39,944 nt of DNA from a virus (taxonomy: Duplodnaviria; Caudoviricetes). The DNA lies in the IMG/VR virus record IMGVR_UViG_3300044970_002245, positions 1 through 39,944 of that record, one strand, 5' to 3'. Of this stretch, positions 8,444-18,447 are shown piece after piece. The notes beneath the pieces are model-generated. The model made no database searches and was not told the origin of the DNA. It was given only the letters and a program-made list of their open reading frames with translations. The position numbers and the translations under genes are program-made. Numbering within the stretch: the stretch's first letter is position 1; each line of letters starts with the position of its first letter.

Positions 8444-8851
8444 TTAAGCGTTAGCATCGGTCAAAGAAAAAGCTGTGATGGTAAATTGCTGGCCCGTGGC
8501 AAAAGATACGTTATCCACGGTTATATCACCACCGCCACCTGTGGCTGTCACGCTACCTTGAAGGTGACACGTTGTTCCTGCACTGTCGTAAATACGGTAG
8601 TGCGCCGCTGTTCCTGTAGCATCCGCAGCCGTATCTTGCCATGTTCCTAAAAGGGATTTTGTTCCCCCCGATGCGTTCGACATCCAGTCGCTAGGTAAAG
8701 TAAGCGTGGCAAGAACAGTCCCAGAATCAGCGGTAGCGCATGTGGCTGGCTGCGCTCCTGTACGGATTCGCATAATAGCCCCTGTTCCTGTTGTCGTTTC
8801 GATCGCTTCAAGCCGCGCATTGCGAACTGCTACCGATAATTGAATCGCCAT
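8444..8851 (-). CDS. Conserved small virion structural protein
   Basis: RNARL...GAQPA...GTVLATLTL...ATGTAAHYRI...QGSV...GGGGDI pattern, seen in phage fibre modules; GAGG RBS. Confidence 0.65.
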   Translation of the reverse strand: MAIQLSVAVRNARLEAIETTTGTGAIMRIRTGAQPATCATADSGTVLATLTLPSDWMSNASGGTKSLLGTWQDTAADATGTAAHYRIYDSAGTTCHLQGSVTATGGGGDITVDNVSFATGQQFTITAFSLTDANA

Positions 8852-8870
8852 AAAAACCTCGTATTTTTAA

Positions 8871-9254
8871 TTATTGCTTCCGAAAAGCACGTCTCACTCT
8901 TGGTATAACACCAAAAACAAGAAACACAAGAAAAGAACCTATGGTTAAATTCAAAAGATCCATGTTTTTGATAAAAAATACAATAGAAAAGATTCCCCCC
9001 ACACCTTGAAATATCCAATCAATCAAAGAATCTTTAAAAGAAGAATTTTTAAACATATCAATGCTTTCTTTGATTCCAGCAAAAACCAAAGCAGGAAGAA
9101 TTGCAAAATGAACAGGCAAAAGCTGAAGGGCAATAGCGGTGATAATCACACCAATAGTAAAATGCCCCGTTTGATTTGTCGCCCACCCGTACCAGTCACG
9201 TTTCTGATCGTCTGGGCGATTTAATTCTTGAAGGATTAAGGTGATGATTCTCAT
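8871..9254 (-). CDS. Multi-pass membrane protein (VanZ/YfiM-like motif)
   Basis: ~4 hydrophobic segments with H-x3-G, KE-x2-D and D-x3-D motifs. Confidence 0.6.
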   Translation of the reverse strand: MRIITLILQELNRPDDQKRDWYGWATNQTGHFTIGVIITAIALQLLPVHFAILPALVFAGIKESIDMFKNSSFKDSLIDWIFQGVGGIFSIVFFIKNMDLLNLTIGSFLVFLVFGVIPRVRRAFRKQ

Positions 9255-11350
9255 CAGGGAATATCCGTATTAGGAGTTAGCGTTGCACCCGTATTGCCCG
9301 AAACGTCATTGATTGCCGAAGATACACTTATCAAATCCACAAACGTATTATCAATAATTCTGGCCGATGGGCAATCCTGAATCCTTACAGCGCGTTGCGT
9401 TTTTTCAAAATAATTCTGAGAAACTCTCAATCCCAACACATTAGTAGCATCTACACAAAAAGGATAAGTTGTCGTGTCCCCTGGACGTATCACTTGGCAA
9501 TCCTTAATCAACACGTTTTCCGCTTGGACAAGGTCAATGTGGCGCGTGCATCCATACATTTTGATATTGATTAACTCCAAATCTTTGATGATGCGGGTTG
9601 TGGACCCATTAGCATTGCCGCGCAATCTCATGGCACGATCGGACGCATTGTAAATGTCCACGTTTTCAATTTTATTAAATTCTGCTTTTAGATTAGCATC
9701 CCCAGGAAGAGCATCATCGTCTTGGTCTATGATTAAAATGCCAGTCGAAGGATTTTTAATGACCACATTTTTAACGATGTTGTAGTTGCTGGTAGGCAAT
9801 ATATCAATGCCATTGGTATCATGGGTGGTATCAAAAAAATCAATCTCTCCGTTTTCAATAATGTTGTGGGAAGCCCCTGCTAAGTGAAATTCATTTCCTA
9901 ATTTAATTGCGCTTTTGTCATTGGCATCAGCTGAAATTGTGGGACCTGCAACAATTTTGAACCCACGAAAGGTATTGTAAATTTCATTGGCCCCATGCAA
10001 ATCAATGTCTGAAATAGTAGAATTAACAATGGTGGTGTTGGTAACCAAACATCCCGCTGTTCCTTTAAAAAGAATAAACCCATGACGCATTCCGTCCATG
10101 TGGCAATTATCCGAAATGCACGATGTGGAACCGTACATAGAAACTCCATACCCAAGTCCAGGGCCGATAAGATAAGGATTCCGCCCAGAACAATTTTGAA
10201 TCTTGTTATTATAACCAATGTCTAAACGGAAACACGATCCAATGTTTCCAAATCCTGCCTCATCAGAAACATGGCAATTATCAATCATGGAATCATAAGC
10301 ATACCCCACAAAAAAGGCATGATTATCTCTTTCCGATGACGGCGTGTTCCATGATACTCTAGCGTTTGTGATGCGAGCATTCCCTACGGCATCCAAACGG
10401 GTAACTCGTGCTGTTTTGCTGGTAAGATATTGATGGTACACACCATGATTTAAAGTAACGTTAAGACCGTTAATAGCAATAATTCTTCCCACCTCTTGAC
10501 GAATAAAGTTTCCAGACGTGCCTCCGACATTTTTGGCCACCCCTTCGTCAAATAAATACATCCAGTCGCCAACCGCCAACCCTGTTGTAGATACCAGAGA
10601 AATAATCGGGCTGCCGACCGTTGTATTGGCCGTCAGGTCATAAGAGATTAAGCGCGTGACAAACGACCTATCGGGTATCCCTTGCTTGGCCTCAAAGTCC
10701 CCTGGTGGATACACAGGCAAATAAGTAAACTCTAAAGGGTTTAAAACAGTCAAGGTGTTCAGGCTGGTGTTAATGGCCGTTACAACATTGTCTTCTTTTT
10801 GCAAAGCCACGCCGTTGGCATCCGTTTTTCCACGAATAATGATCCGTTGTCCCACTTGAAATAAAGAGGCATTGCTTTCTGGTTCAGGCCCCATAAAAAG
10901 CGTTGTGCTGCCTTCTGTAGACGTTGCGCCTAACTTAGGCAGGTTTTCATCAGGGTCTTCATCCAATCCGCCAAAAATCCGCATTCTTCCATTGGGACCA
11001 AAAGTGATATTGTTTTTTTCTGAACGGCTAGAAAAGATAACCCATTGGTTAGAGCGAACGTCCACACTGGCATTAAAATAGAATGATTTTCCCTCTTGTG
11101 GGTCTAGCCAGAACACAGCACTTAGCCCATCATCCCACAATTCCCGCATCTTTCTATTTAAAAGAAACGAATCATCTGTGACACCATCCCCTGCCAGTCC
11201 TATATCTTGCCGTGTGATAAATGGTAATGCCAAAAAAGGCTCCTTAAAAAAATTGGCAACAAATTCAGGTAAATCTATATTAAACGGAAACCCAAGTGTG
11301 TCAAACTTAGATTGAAAGTATCCATTAAAAGGAACTTCAATAATAGGCAT
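9254..11350 (-). CDS. Tailspike with pectate-lyase-like parallel beta-helix (putative depolymerase)
   Basis: GLAGDGVTDD motif followed by repeated I-x-N-C/V beta-helix rungs. Confidence 0.8.
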   Translation of the reverse strand: MPIIEVPFNGYFQSKFDTLGFPFNIDLPEFVANFFKEPFLALPFITRQDIGLAGDGVTDDSFLLNRKMRELWDDGLSAVFWLDPQEGKSFYFNASVDVRSNQWVIFSSRSEKNNITFGPNGRMRIFGGLDEDPDENLPKLGATSTEGSTTLFMGPEPESNASLFQVGQRIIIRGKTDANGVALQKEDNVVTAINTSLNTLTVLNPLEFTYLPVYPPGDFEAKQGIPDRSFVTRLISYDLTANTTVGSPIISLVSTTGLAVGDWMYLFDEGVAKNVGGTSGNFIRQEVGRIIAINGLNVTLNHGVYHQYLTSKTARVTRLDAVGNARITNARVSWNTPSSERDNHAFFVGYAYDSMIDNCHVSDEAGFGNIGSCFRLDIGYNNKIQNCSGRNPYLIGPGLGYGVSMYGSTSCISDNCHMDGMRHGFILFKGTAGCLVTNTTIVNSTISDIDLHGANEIYNTFRGFKIVAGPTISADANDKSAIKLGNEFHLAGASHNIIENGEIDFFDTTHDTNGIDILPTSNYNIVKNVVIKNPSTGILIIDQDDDALPGDANLKAEFNKIENVDIYNASDRAMRLRGNANGSTTRIIKDLELINIKMYGCTRHIDLVQAENVLIKDCQVIRPGDTTTYPFCVDATNVLGLRVSQNYFEKTQRAVRIQDCPSARIIDNTFVDLISVSSAINDVSGNTGATLTPNTDIP

Positions 11351-11754
11351 TAGGCGGTAAGCGCACGCTGCCTAAACAGAATACGAAGTTTGGTGTATTG
11401 ATCTCCTTTCAAAAGGTAACTTAATTCCGTTGGTCCTTGGCTATCTAGTTTAAATCCCACTACAAGGATGTATTCTTCCACCGATAAATTCGCCCAATTT
11501 GCCGGCAAAAGGACCACGGAAAACCTTACAAGGCTTTCCCCATTTTCAGCCGTGATATTCTCTTTGGTCACACCGCCAGTTGTGAATTGTTTTAAAACAT
11601 ACTTGTTATCTGCATCTCTATCGGAACGTTTTAAAGACCAATACACTTCTGTAATGTTTGAAGCAGATTTGCCTGGAAACTCGCTGGCAAGATTGAAGTC
11701 CAAGCGAATAGGGGCAGGCGACCCAAAATCAACTTGTAGGGATTTTACCGACAT
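11350..11754 (-). CDS. Hypothetical tail-associated protein (possibly BppU-like Ig fold)
   Basis: Beta-rich 134 aa immediately upstream of the tailspike. Confidence 0.5.
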   Translation of the reverse strand: MSVKSLQVDFGSPAPIRLDFNLASEFPGKSASNITEVYWSLKRSDRDADNKYVLKQFTTGGVTKENITAENGESLVRFSVVLLPANWANLSVEEYILVVGFKLDSQGPTELSYLLKGDQYTKLRILFRQRALTA

Positions 11755-12037
11755 AACCTTTGATTCCTTCTACTTGGGTACGGGCATTCAATTCAGATTG
11801 AACTTGTCCCTTATTGATAAACTCTTTTCTAAAGAATGCTTTAAAAGGCGTATTCACAATTACTTTACCTATTAACGGCAAATTGTGAATAAAAAAAGTC
11901 TTTTGCGGTGATGGAACAAATAATTGCCCATTGATAGGGGGATAGACATGAACATAAATAATTTCTTCCTCAGTGTCACTGGGTGCCCAATACCGGCCAC
12001 TCCAAAACCGTTTACTCCAAAATCTAGCCGCCCACAT
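11729..12037 (-). CDS. Hypothetical protein with N-terminal W-x-x-R-(F/Y)-W repeats
   Basis: MWAARFWSKRFWSGRYWAP; fills the gap between structural genes. Confidence 0.55.
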   Translation of the reverse strand: MWAARFWSKRFWSGRYWAPSDTEEEIIYVHVYPPINGQLFVPSPQKTFFIHNLPLIGKVIVNTPFKAFFRKEFINKGQVQSELNARTQVEGIKGYVGKIPTS

Positions 12038-14486
12038 CGGGTATTCCTTTGGTTACAACAGGCTCTCTTGTTGGCAATGTGGATGTTCTTGGCCACCAAA
12101 AACCTTGGCCTGTTTCACGACGAACCCTAGCTTCATTTCTGGCAACCTTCTTGTCAAAATCAGGGTCTACCAGTCTTTCTATGTTATCCCAAATAAAGCG
12201 ATCCGTGAACATTTTGGAATACCAAAGGTTTTTAGCAGGGATAAAATTTTGCGCGTATTTGTAAAAATCTCTTAACCAGTTTGTTTCCTTTTCGGGGTCT
12301 AAGGCCTTTCCAAAAGAACCACTAATAATATCCACAAGCGTGATCCCTGTATTGCCTAACCATCCACCTAAAAGGTCGGATGCTTTCTGCCCATTGCGTG
12401 TGTATTGTCCAAATAATAAATCCCCCACAATCGCCAAACCACCCGATGACAAAAGCCCCGCCGCCCACGTTTTTGGATTATCCCATTCTCTCATGTCTTT
12501 CCCTGAAACTACTTCTCGTAATTGCGATGTCATGGTCCCTATAATTGTCCCACCAATAAGCAAAACGCCAAGACTTCCAAACTCTCCCCTTTTAAACGCT
12601 CTTCCAAAAGCAGGGATTAAATGGTTAATCACCGTTGACATGGCAAAACTTTTTAGAAAAAAAGCATCCGTTGCTATTAAACGTTTCAGAGAGTTTTTGT
12701 TTGACCCAAATCCTGTACGGGCACTGCGCAGCATAATAGATGGTTCGCTAGACGCTTTCCGCATCATCTCTGCGGCAAATGTGCCATATTTTGTGGCCAG
12801 CTCTTTATCCGTCCATTCCGTGACGTTCATAAAGGCCGTGTTGCCTTGCTCGTCCAAGGATAGCGTGCCCGTTTCAAGGGTTTTTGCCCAATCATCTTGC
12901 GTAATATTATATCGGTTAAAAGCTTCTAATAGATCGCGGTCTAACTCTGCCCAGGGCGTTTGGGCCTTAATATGCGCCCCAAAATACCCATAAAACTCTA
13001 ACCCCGTTATTTTTTTAACGTGGTTGGTCATGGTTTTTAAGCCCGAAAGATGGATTACTGCCGATGCAGCTTTTTGTGAAAACTCTACGACTTTTGATTT
13101 CCCAATAGCCTCTATTTCCCCATATCGGGACGCCATGATAAATCCATCTGTCACAACATCCCCTGCTAAAGCAAGATTAGCTGCCAGTATTCTATCGCTT
13201 TGCTTTAAAGGATTAAGGCTACCAAAATAACGGATAAACCCCTTGGTTGCAGACATGCCATTCATTTTAAGAGCGTTGGCAGCAAAAACGGCATCTGATG
13301 GAGTAAGAAGGGCTGCTGATCCCAAACGGGCCGCTGTAAATAAATTCCGCATGGTTGAATAAGTGTTAATGGACCAATGGGGATTGCCTACGGCATAATC
13401 TTTTCCTGTAAGAATACGGAAAGCCCCTTCGATTTGTTCTTGGCGGTAATTGCCCCACTCATTGCTTTTGTCTGGATCAAAAGAAATGCGGCTCATCATG
13501 TACTTATGTACGTCTTCGGGATTTGGGCCCATGACTTGCAATACCGCCAAATCCTCTGCCATGCCGCCTAATTCATCAATCATGGAATTATAAAGGCCCT
13601 CGTCTCCGCTGCCAAACATATCGTTATAAGCAAAGAATGAATCCGCATCCTTAAAAACAAAAAACCGTTTATCAGAATATCGGTCCACAATGCTTTTGGG
13701 TTTTACCGTAGCAGGATCGCCGCTGCTTAAACGAAGAAGATTTCCCTCACCAATACCCGTTGTAATTTCATCATATATTTTTAAAGAAATTCTTTTCAGG
13801 TTTGCATCATCAAGCGGTGCGCCCGTTTTTTTATCAATCATTGCCGTTCTATCCAACAAAGGGGATATGCGGCTCCACCATTCTTCCGGCGATACAGATT
13901 TTAATAATTCACTGTCATGAAACTGGCCTGGTTGGCGTTTTGCTCTTTTGTTGATAGACGCACCATGAGCATTAAGTTGGTCTATGAGATAATTTTGCGT
14001 GTCATCATAAGATTTGTAAAACCCCTGAGCATCAACATCGCCCGTATTTTCTAAAAACATCTCACGATAAACTTGCTTTGTCATAAATATGTTTTCAGCA
14101 GGACGAAACACACCCAAACGGGGTTTGTATTTCTCAATAAACGCATTCATCACTTTGGCAACAAGGCCGCGATTGTAGGCTTGTTGGTCGCCGATTCTTT
14201 CCAAAATGACGTTGGCATAAGCCCAATCGGATGTTTTATTGCCTTTAAGGCGATTCACCTCATCCCACATCTCTAAAGAACGCTGGGCGGTGGTAAGGAG
14301 ATTGTTCTTTTGCTTTTTTAGGTATTCGTCAAAAAACTCTGTTGTGCGCTGCGTGGCCTTTACTTTGGCTTCCTCTGATCCCATTTCGGATTCAAAGGCT
14401 TTGCGATTTTGCTCATAAGCCTTTTCTGCCCGTTTATAGAGGTCGTTAGGCAGTTGGCCTTTTAAGCAATCTAAGAAATCCGTCAT
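12024..14486 (-). CDS. Large internal virion (ejection) protein
   Basis: ~820 aa helical protein in podovirus core-protein position; C-terminal GGLAIVGD...NLWY...DPD...GQGFWW resembles BPP-1/epsilon15-type proteins. Confidence 0.7.
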   Translation of the reverse strand: MTDFLDCLKGQLPNDLYKRAEKAYEQNRKAFESEMGSEEAKVKATQRTTEFFDEYLKKQKNNLLTTAQRSLEMWDEVNRLKGNKTSDWAYANVILERIGDQQAYNRGLVAKVMNAFIEKYKPRLGVFRPAENIFMTKQVYREMFLENTGDVDAQGFYKSYDDTQNYLIDQLNAHGASINKRAKRQPGQFHDSELLKSVSPEEWWSRISPLLDRTAMIDKKTGAPLDDANLKRISLKIYDEITTGIGEGNLLRLSSGDPATVKPKSIVDRYSDKRFFVFKDADSFFAYNDMFGSGDEGLYNSMIDELGGMAEDLAVLQVMGPNPEDVHKYMMSRISFDPDKSNEWGNYRQEQIEGAFRILTGKDYAVGNPHWSINTYSTMRNLFTAARLGSAALLTPSDAVFAANALKMNGMSATKGFIRYFGSLNPLKQSDRILAANLALAGDVVTDGFIMASRYGEIEAIGKSKVVEFSQKAASAVIHLSGLKTMTNHVKKITGLEFYGYFGAHIKAQTPWAELDRDLLEAFNRYNITQDDWAKTLETGTLSLDEQGNTAFMNVTEWTDKELATKYGTFAAEMMRKASSEPSIMLRSARTGFGSNKNSLKRLIATDAFFLKSFAMSTVINHLIPAFGRAFKRGEFGSLGVLLIGGTIIGTMTSQLREVVSGKDMREWDNPKTWAAGLLSSGGLAIVGDLLFGQYTRNGQKASDLLGGWLGNTGITLVDIISGSFGKALDPEKETNWLRDFYKYAQNFIPAKNLWYSKMFTDRFIWDNIERLVDPDFDKKVARNEARVRRETGQGFWWPRTSTLPTREPVVTKGIPDVGG

Positions 14487-15904
14487 AGAATCCCACAAGT
14501 TTTAAACGCATTCACATGGTTATCAAATTCCCTCACCGTTTCCAAGATGTCTGCCACGCGCGTTGCATTGCCGTCAATCACAACAAACGCCTCGGGGTCG
14601 CGCTCTACCATGCCCTCAAAAGCACTCAGTTTAAGGTCAGCGGCCCGTTCAATTTCTGTTTGTGGGGATAATGCTTGTTTCGGTGGTGGATTGACTATTT
14701 GTTGGGGATTAAAGTCTTCTCTGGCCTTGGGGAAAAAAGCCGATTCTTTTTGTACGTCGAACTGATTGTCTGCCGCCGCAACGTTCACAGCAGTGTTTTG
14801 TTTAATCGATTCTTTTAGCCCCCTATAGGAATTGGGCATATCGTCCGTTATGATGTTTTTAGAATTGATAATATCATCCTTAAACCGCTGATTATCCACA
14901 CTTGGAACATCCAGCTTCCCATTATCCAAATCACGCAAAGCCGCTTCATGATTCCTTAATCCATTGATAGAATTATCAGAGGCCGTTTCCATGATATGCG
15001 CTTGTCTGGCCTTAATCGCCAATTCATCCGCCAAGGTTTGGGTGTTTATACCGCCACCAGCACTAGCTTTCTTGTTTCTGAATAAATGCTCCGCCGCCGT
15101 CATGGATACACTTGGCAGGGCTTTTAAACCACGCGCAATGCCTTCAAAAGCAGAACCCGCAAACCCTGCAAAGGCAATGTTAGAAAGACGCTCCTCTATG
15201 CCCCATTCCGCGCCTAGTTGCTGCTTCCATTCTCGAAACTCATTCGTTTCTTGCTGGACGGCCTGAACACCTGCATTGAGCGCAAATCCTTGCAATAGTG
15301 CCTTGCCTAGCTTGACACCCGCGCTTGGCCCTATAAAGGTGGCTACTGCATTGACGGGGTCCACCAATGATCCCGCTGCACCACCCGCCAAAAGCCCCCC
15401 AATGGCACTGAGATTCGTTGAGCCACGAAATTTGACGTTGGCCTCTTGTTGGTAGGTTTTGGCTTCTTCAACAATGGTGGACATCATCTCTTTAGATGTT
15501 TTCAGGTTTTGCCCTTGTCCTTGCGCTCTTAGCCCATCCACAACGCCATCAAGAAGGGTGTTTCTGATTTGATTTGCTTTTAATGCGGCTTCTTTGCTAT
15601 TGCCTAAAAACACTCTCGATAAAGAAAATTCCCCACGTACAAGGGCCTTGTCTTCCTCTGCCAGCGTCTCAAACCCCGCCATTTTGCTATAATCAGGGTT
15701 GTCACCGATATAAGGACGCAGCGCATCTAAGCGGTCGGATTCCATTCTGATCTGGCGTAAATCACGATAGGTGGTGGTTTCGTTAGAGGCCATGCTCCAA
15801 AACTGGGCCTGAGCGTTCTCCAAAAAAGAATCGGGGTTATAATCAACAGCAATGTCTGGCCTGCTGGGGGAATAGGGTTTTAAAAAAGAGGCAATGCCGT
15901 CCAT
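14483..15904 (-). CDS. Internal virion protein
   Basis: Gly/Ala-rich hydrophobic GGLLAGGAAGSLVDPVN segment; synteny. Confidence 0.65.
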   Translation of the reverse strand: MDGIASFLKPYSPSRPDIAVDYNPDSFLENAQAQFWSMASNETTTYRDLRQIRMESDRLDALRPYIGDNPDYSKMAGFETLAEEDKALVRGEFSLSRVFLGNSKEAALKANQIRNTLLDGVVDGLRAQGQGQNLKTSKEMMSTIVEEAKTYQQEANVKFRGSTNLSAIGGLLAGGAAGSLVDPVNAVATFIGPSAGVKLGKALLQGFALNAGVQAVQQETNEFREWKQQLGAEWGIEERLSNIAFAGFAGSAFEGIARGLKALPSVSMTAAEHLFRNKKASAGGGINTQTLADELAIKARQAHIMETASDNSINGLRNHEAALRDLDNGKLDVPSVDNQRFKDDIINSKNIITDDMPNSYRGLKESIKQNTAVNVAAADNQFDVQKESAFFPKAREDFNPQQIVNPPPKQALSPQTEIERAADLKLSAFEGMVERDPEAFVVIDGNATRVADILETVREFDNHVNAFKTCGIL

Positions 15905-15907
15905 GGG

Positions 15908-17893
15908 CTACATCCCTAGACTTTTTTCTAAATCTTTAATAACAGAATCCGCATCACTTTTCAGTTTATCAATTCCCGTTGATCCACGTTGATCTTGAGT
16001 TGGCAAACCTTCAAAAGGATTTATATTTTTTGGTATATTAAACGGAACTTTAGAGGGCTGTAATGGCTGTGGCTTTGTAGGCTGTATATTATCTTTTTTG
16101 GTAATCTGAATCATATTCAGCATAAAAGGCTTCACGTCCCCAAAATCATCCACAAGAGGCTGCCCGTTAGCATCCAAGGCTGCCCATTCAATAGTGGAAT
16201 CCTTGACGTTATACATGCCGTTGGAATACGTCCCTAGCGTGGCTTTGTTCAGCACGTCTTCCACGTCAATAGTGACAAACTTCTTTTGCTTAGTGTCAAA
16301 ATAACCAGGTACGGCATGGCCTATGCTTTTTAGGAAGGTGTTATCCAAAGTATTCAAAGTATCTTTTAATTCCGTTTGTGTGACATATTTGCCATCTTTC
16401 CGAAAAGGAAGAACGCGCCCTCCTTTGTATTCTAAGACGTTTAGGCCCATTTTTTCTTTGATAGCTTTTATAGCACTATCATCATTGGCTATATCTTTTC
16501 CGTTGGCAGCCTCTACAGCGGCCATGTTTAAGATTCCCTGAATGGCCATTTCCCTAAACTCTGGGTTTTCTACGCCATTAAGGTCTGCAATAGCATCTTT
16601 TTTAATTGCGGCTTCATCCATTTCTACGGATTTTGATTTTCTTAACTCCTGCCCAAAAATGATGTTGTTAGTGATGCCATCATCAATTTTGGAATAGCTT
16701 GTGGCTAAAGCAAGGTTAGGGTCTTTTTCAAAAAGAGAAGAAAGAATTTCATCGTTAATGGCGTTAGAGTTTTTTTCTGTTAATTCCGATAAAAACGCCC
16801 CGCGTTGGTTGGCTGGTAAAGATTCCACCTGCGACGCGATGCCATCCACTTCCTCTTTCATTAAAAGAGGAAAAAAAACACCACGAAGATTAGGATCGTT
16901 TTGACTTTGGTCATCAAAAAACTTTTTTCTTTCCACAAAAGATGCTGGGTCTGCTAAATCCAAAGACGGAATAGGCGTACCTTTGAGGGCAAAATACTTA
17001 GCATATTCTTTCTTTTCTAAGGCAGTATTGATTTTATTGAATTGCCCTTCTTTACGGGCAATAATTTTTTCTTGGACATTCTGTAAATACTTGGGGTCCA
17101 TGCCAGACAAAACATTGATAGTGTTTATTCCTCCTTGTCCGTCCGGCAATAACACGTTTAATTGTCCGCTTTGAAGGACACGAAAAATCTCTTCCTCGCT
17201 TGTTTGACTGTTTAACCACCCATTAAATAGGCTTTCATTTAAGTTTTTGTCCGCTTGTTGTATGCCATTAACAATCTGTAACGGGGTAAAAATCAAATTG
17301 CCGTCGGAATCCGTTTGATTGTATGCCTGCAAAATACCATTGTAAGCCTGCATAATAGCCATGGAACTCGTGACTTGCGCGGATTGCTCTTGCCCAAAAA
17401 ACTGAGATGCCGTTTGGCTCATGGCATTTAAATTTGAATCCACCAATTTACGGGCGTTCAATTCGGTAAACTGCACGTTTTGCTTTTTATAATTCTGCAA
17501 AGCGGCATTCACCGAAGACATTTTCTTCATTTCAAAAGCATTTTCAAAAACAGCGTATTGCCCTGGATCAATAATGTTTTTCATGAAGTCTTTTTTGTAG
17601 GCATCAATAGCCTGCCCTAAATCATCGGGGGCATAAGTATATTTATTATTTAATTCAAAAATCTGCGTTGTCATTTCAGTCTCTAATTGCATAGACTGAA
17701 TTTTTAACTCTTGTTCATATTCTCTTTGGGCGCGTATCTGAGATTCTTCATTGGCTTTATCAAGAGCACCCGCCGCCCCAAAAGCTGCTCTGGCAAAACT
17801 TTCCATGCCTGTTTGGATTTCAACGTTGGGCGCATTGGGCAAATCAACAAGACCTTGGGTTCTTTGCTGTTCAATAGGGATTAAGGAAGCCAT
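15908..17893 (-). CDS. Internal virion protein
   Basis: 661-aa helical Q/N/E-rich ORF; synteny after the tail nozzle. Confidence 0.6.
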   Translation of the reverse strand: MASLIPIEQQRTQGLVDLPNAPNVEIQTGMESFARAAFGAAGALDKANEESQIRAQREYEQELKIQSMQLETEMTTQIFELNNKYTYAPDDLGQAIDAYKKDFMKNIIDPGQYAVFENAFEMKKMSSVNAALQNYKKQNVQFTELNARKLVDSNLNAMSQTASQFFGQEQSAQVTSSMAIMQAYNGILQAYNQTDSDGNLIFTPLQIVNGIQQADKNLNESLFNGWLNSQTSEEEIFRVLQSGQLNVLLPDGQGGINTINVLSGMDPKYLQNVQEKIIARKEGQFNKINTALEKKEYAKYFALKGTPIPSLDLADPASFVERKKFFDDQSQNDPNLRGVFFPLLMKEEVDGIASQVESLPANQRGAFLSELTEKNSNAINDEILSSLFEKDPNLALATSYSKIDDGITNNIIFGQELRKSKSVEMDEAAIKKDAIADLNGVENPEFREMAIQGILNMAAVEAANGKDIANDDSAIKAIKEKMGLNVLEYKGGRVLPFRKDGKYVTQTELKDTLNTLDNTFLKSIGHAVPGYFDTKQKKFVTIDVEDVLNKATLGTYSNGMYNVKDSTIEWAALDANGQPLVDDFGDVKPFMLNMIQITKKDNIQPTKPQPLQPSKVPFNIPKNINPFEGLPTQDQRGSTGIDKLKSDADSVIKDLEKSLGM

Positions 17894-17895
17894 GG

Positions 17896-18447
17896 TTACA
17901 ATGCCTCAGCCAAAAACGAAAGCGCATTGCCAAAACCACTTTTTACAGCTTGTTTTGATTGGCTTTTTAAACTCATGCCTGTACGTTTTGCCTGACTTGA
18001 ACGCACTAAACCTGATATTCTTGCCGTCTCAATATCTTTCGTTGTGTTTTGCGCCGAACGACTGGCAAAAGCAAATGAAGATGGACCCGTTGTAAGAATA
18101 CCCCTTGCCGCCAGTTTTGCCGTTTGTGAAGCGAAATTCTCAGACAAGGCTTGCTGAAAGAAATTCTGCTGAGAAAGAGCATTTAATTCTTCTTGTTTGG
18201 CTTGCAATTCAGCATCTCGCGCTTGAGTTTTTAAACTGTATTTTTCAGCATATCCTGCGCCTATTTGACTTCCCGCCCCAAATCCTACTAAAGCAGGTTT
18301 AGCAATGTTTGATAAAAGACTTTGCTTGGCCATAAACCCCGATGTGCTTAAAGCCGTCAACCCACCAACACCTTGTGGCTTAATGCCAACAAGACCCGCA
18401 ACATTTGTCGCTATGGATGTCATTGAAGGAAGAAAGCTAGAGGTCAT
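17896..18447 (-). CDS. Small internal virion protein (T7 gp14-like position)
   Basis: Ala/Gln/Ser-rich, QTAKLAARGI motif; directly after tail tubular B. Confidence 0.65.
   Translation of the reverse strand: MTSSFLPSMTSIATNVAGLVGIKPQGVGGLTALSTSGFMAKQSLLSNIAKPALVGFGAGSQIGAGYAEKYSLKTQARDAELQAKQEELNALSQQNFFQQALSENFASQTAKLAARGILTTGPSSFAFASRSAQNTTKDIETARISGLVRSSQAKRTGMSLKSQSKQAVKSGFGNALSFLAEAL

Noticed and set aside
12340-12993. 217-aa plus-strand ORF and other + ORFs between 6127 and 28455
   Set aside because: Antisense to well-supported structural genes; no RBS or motif support
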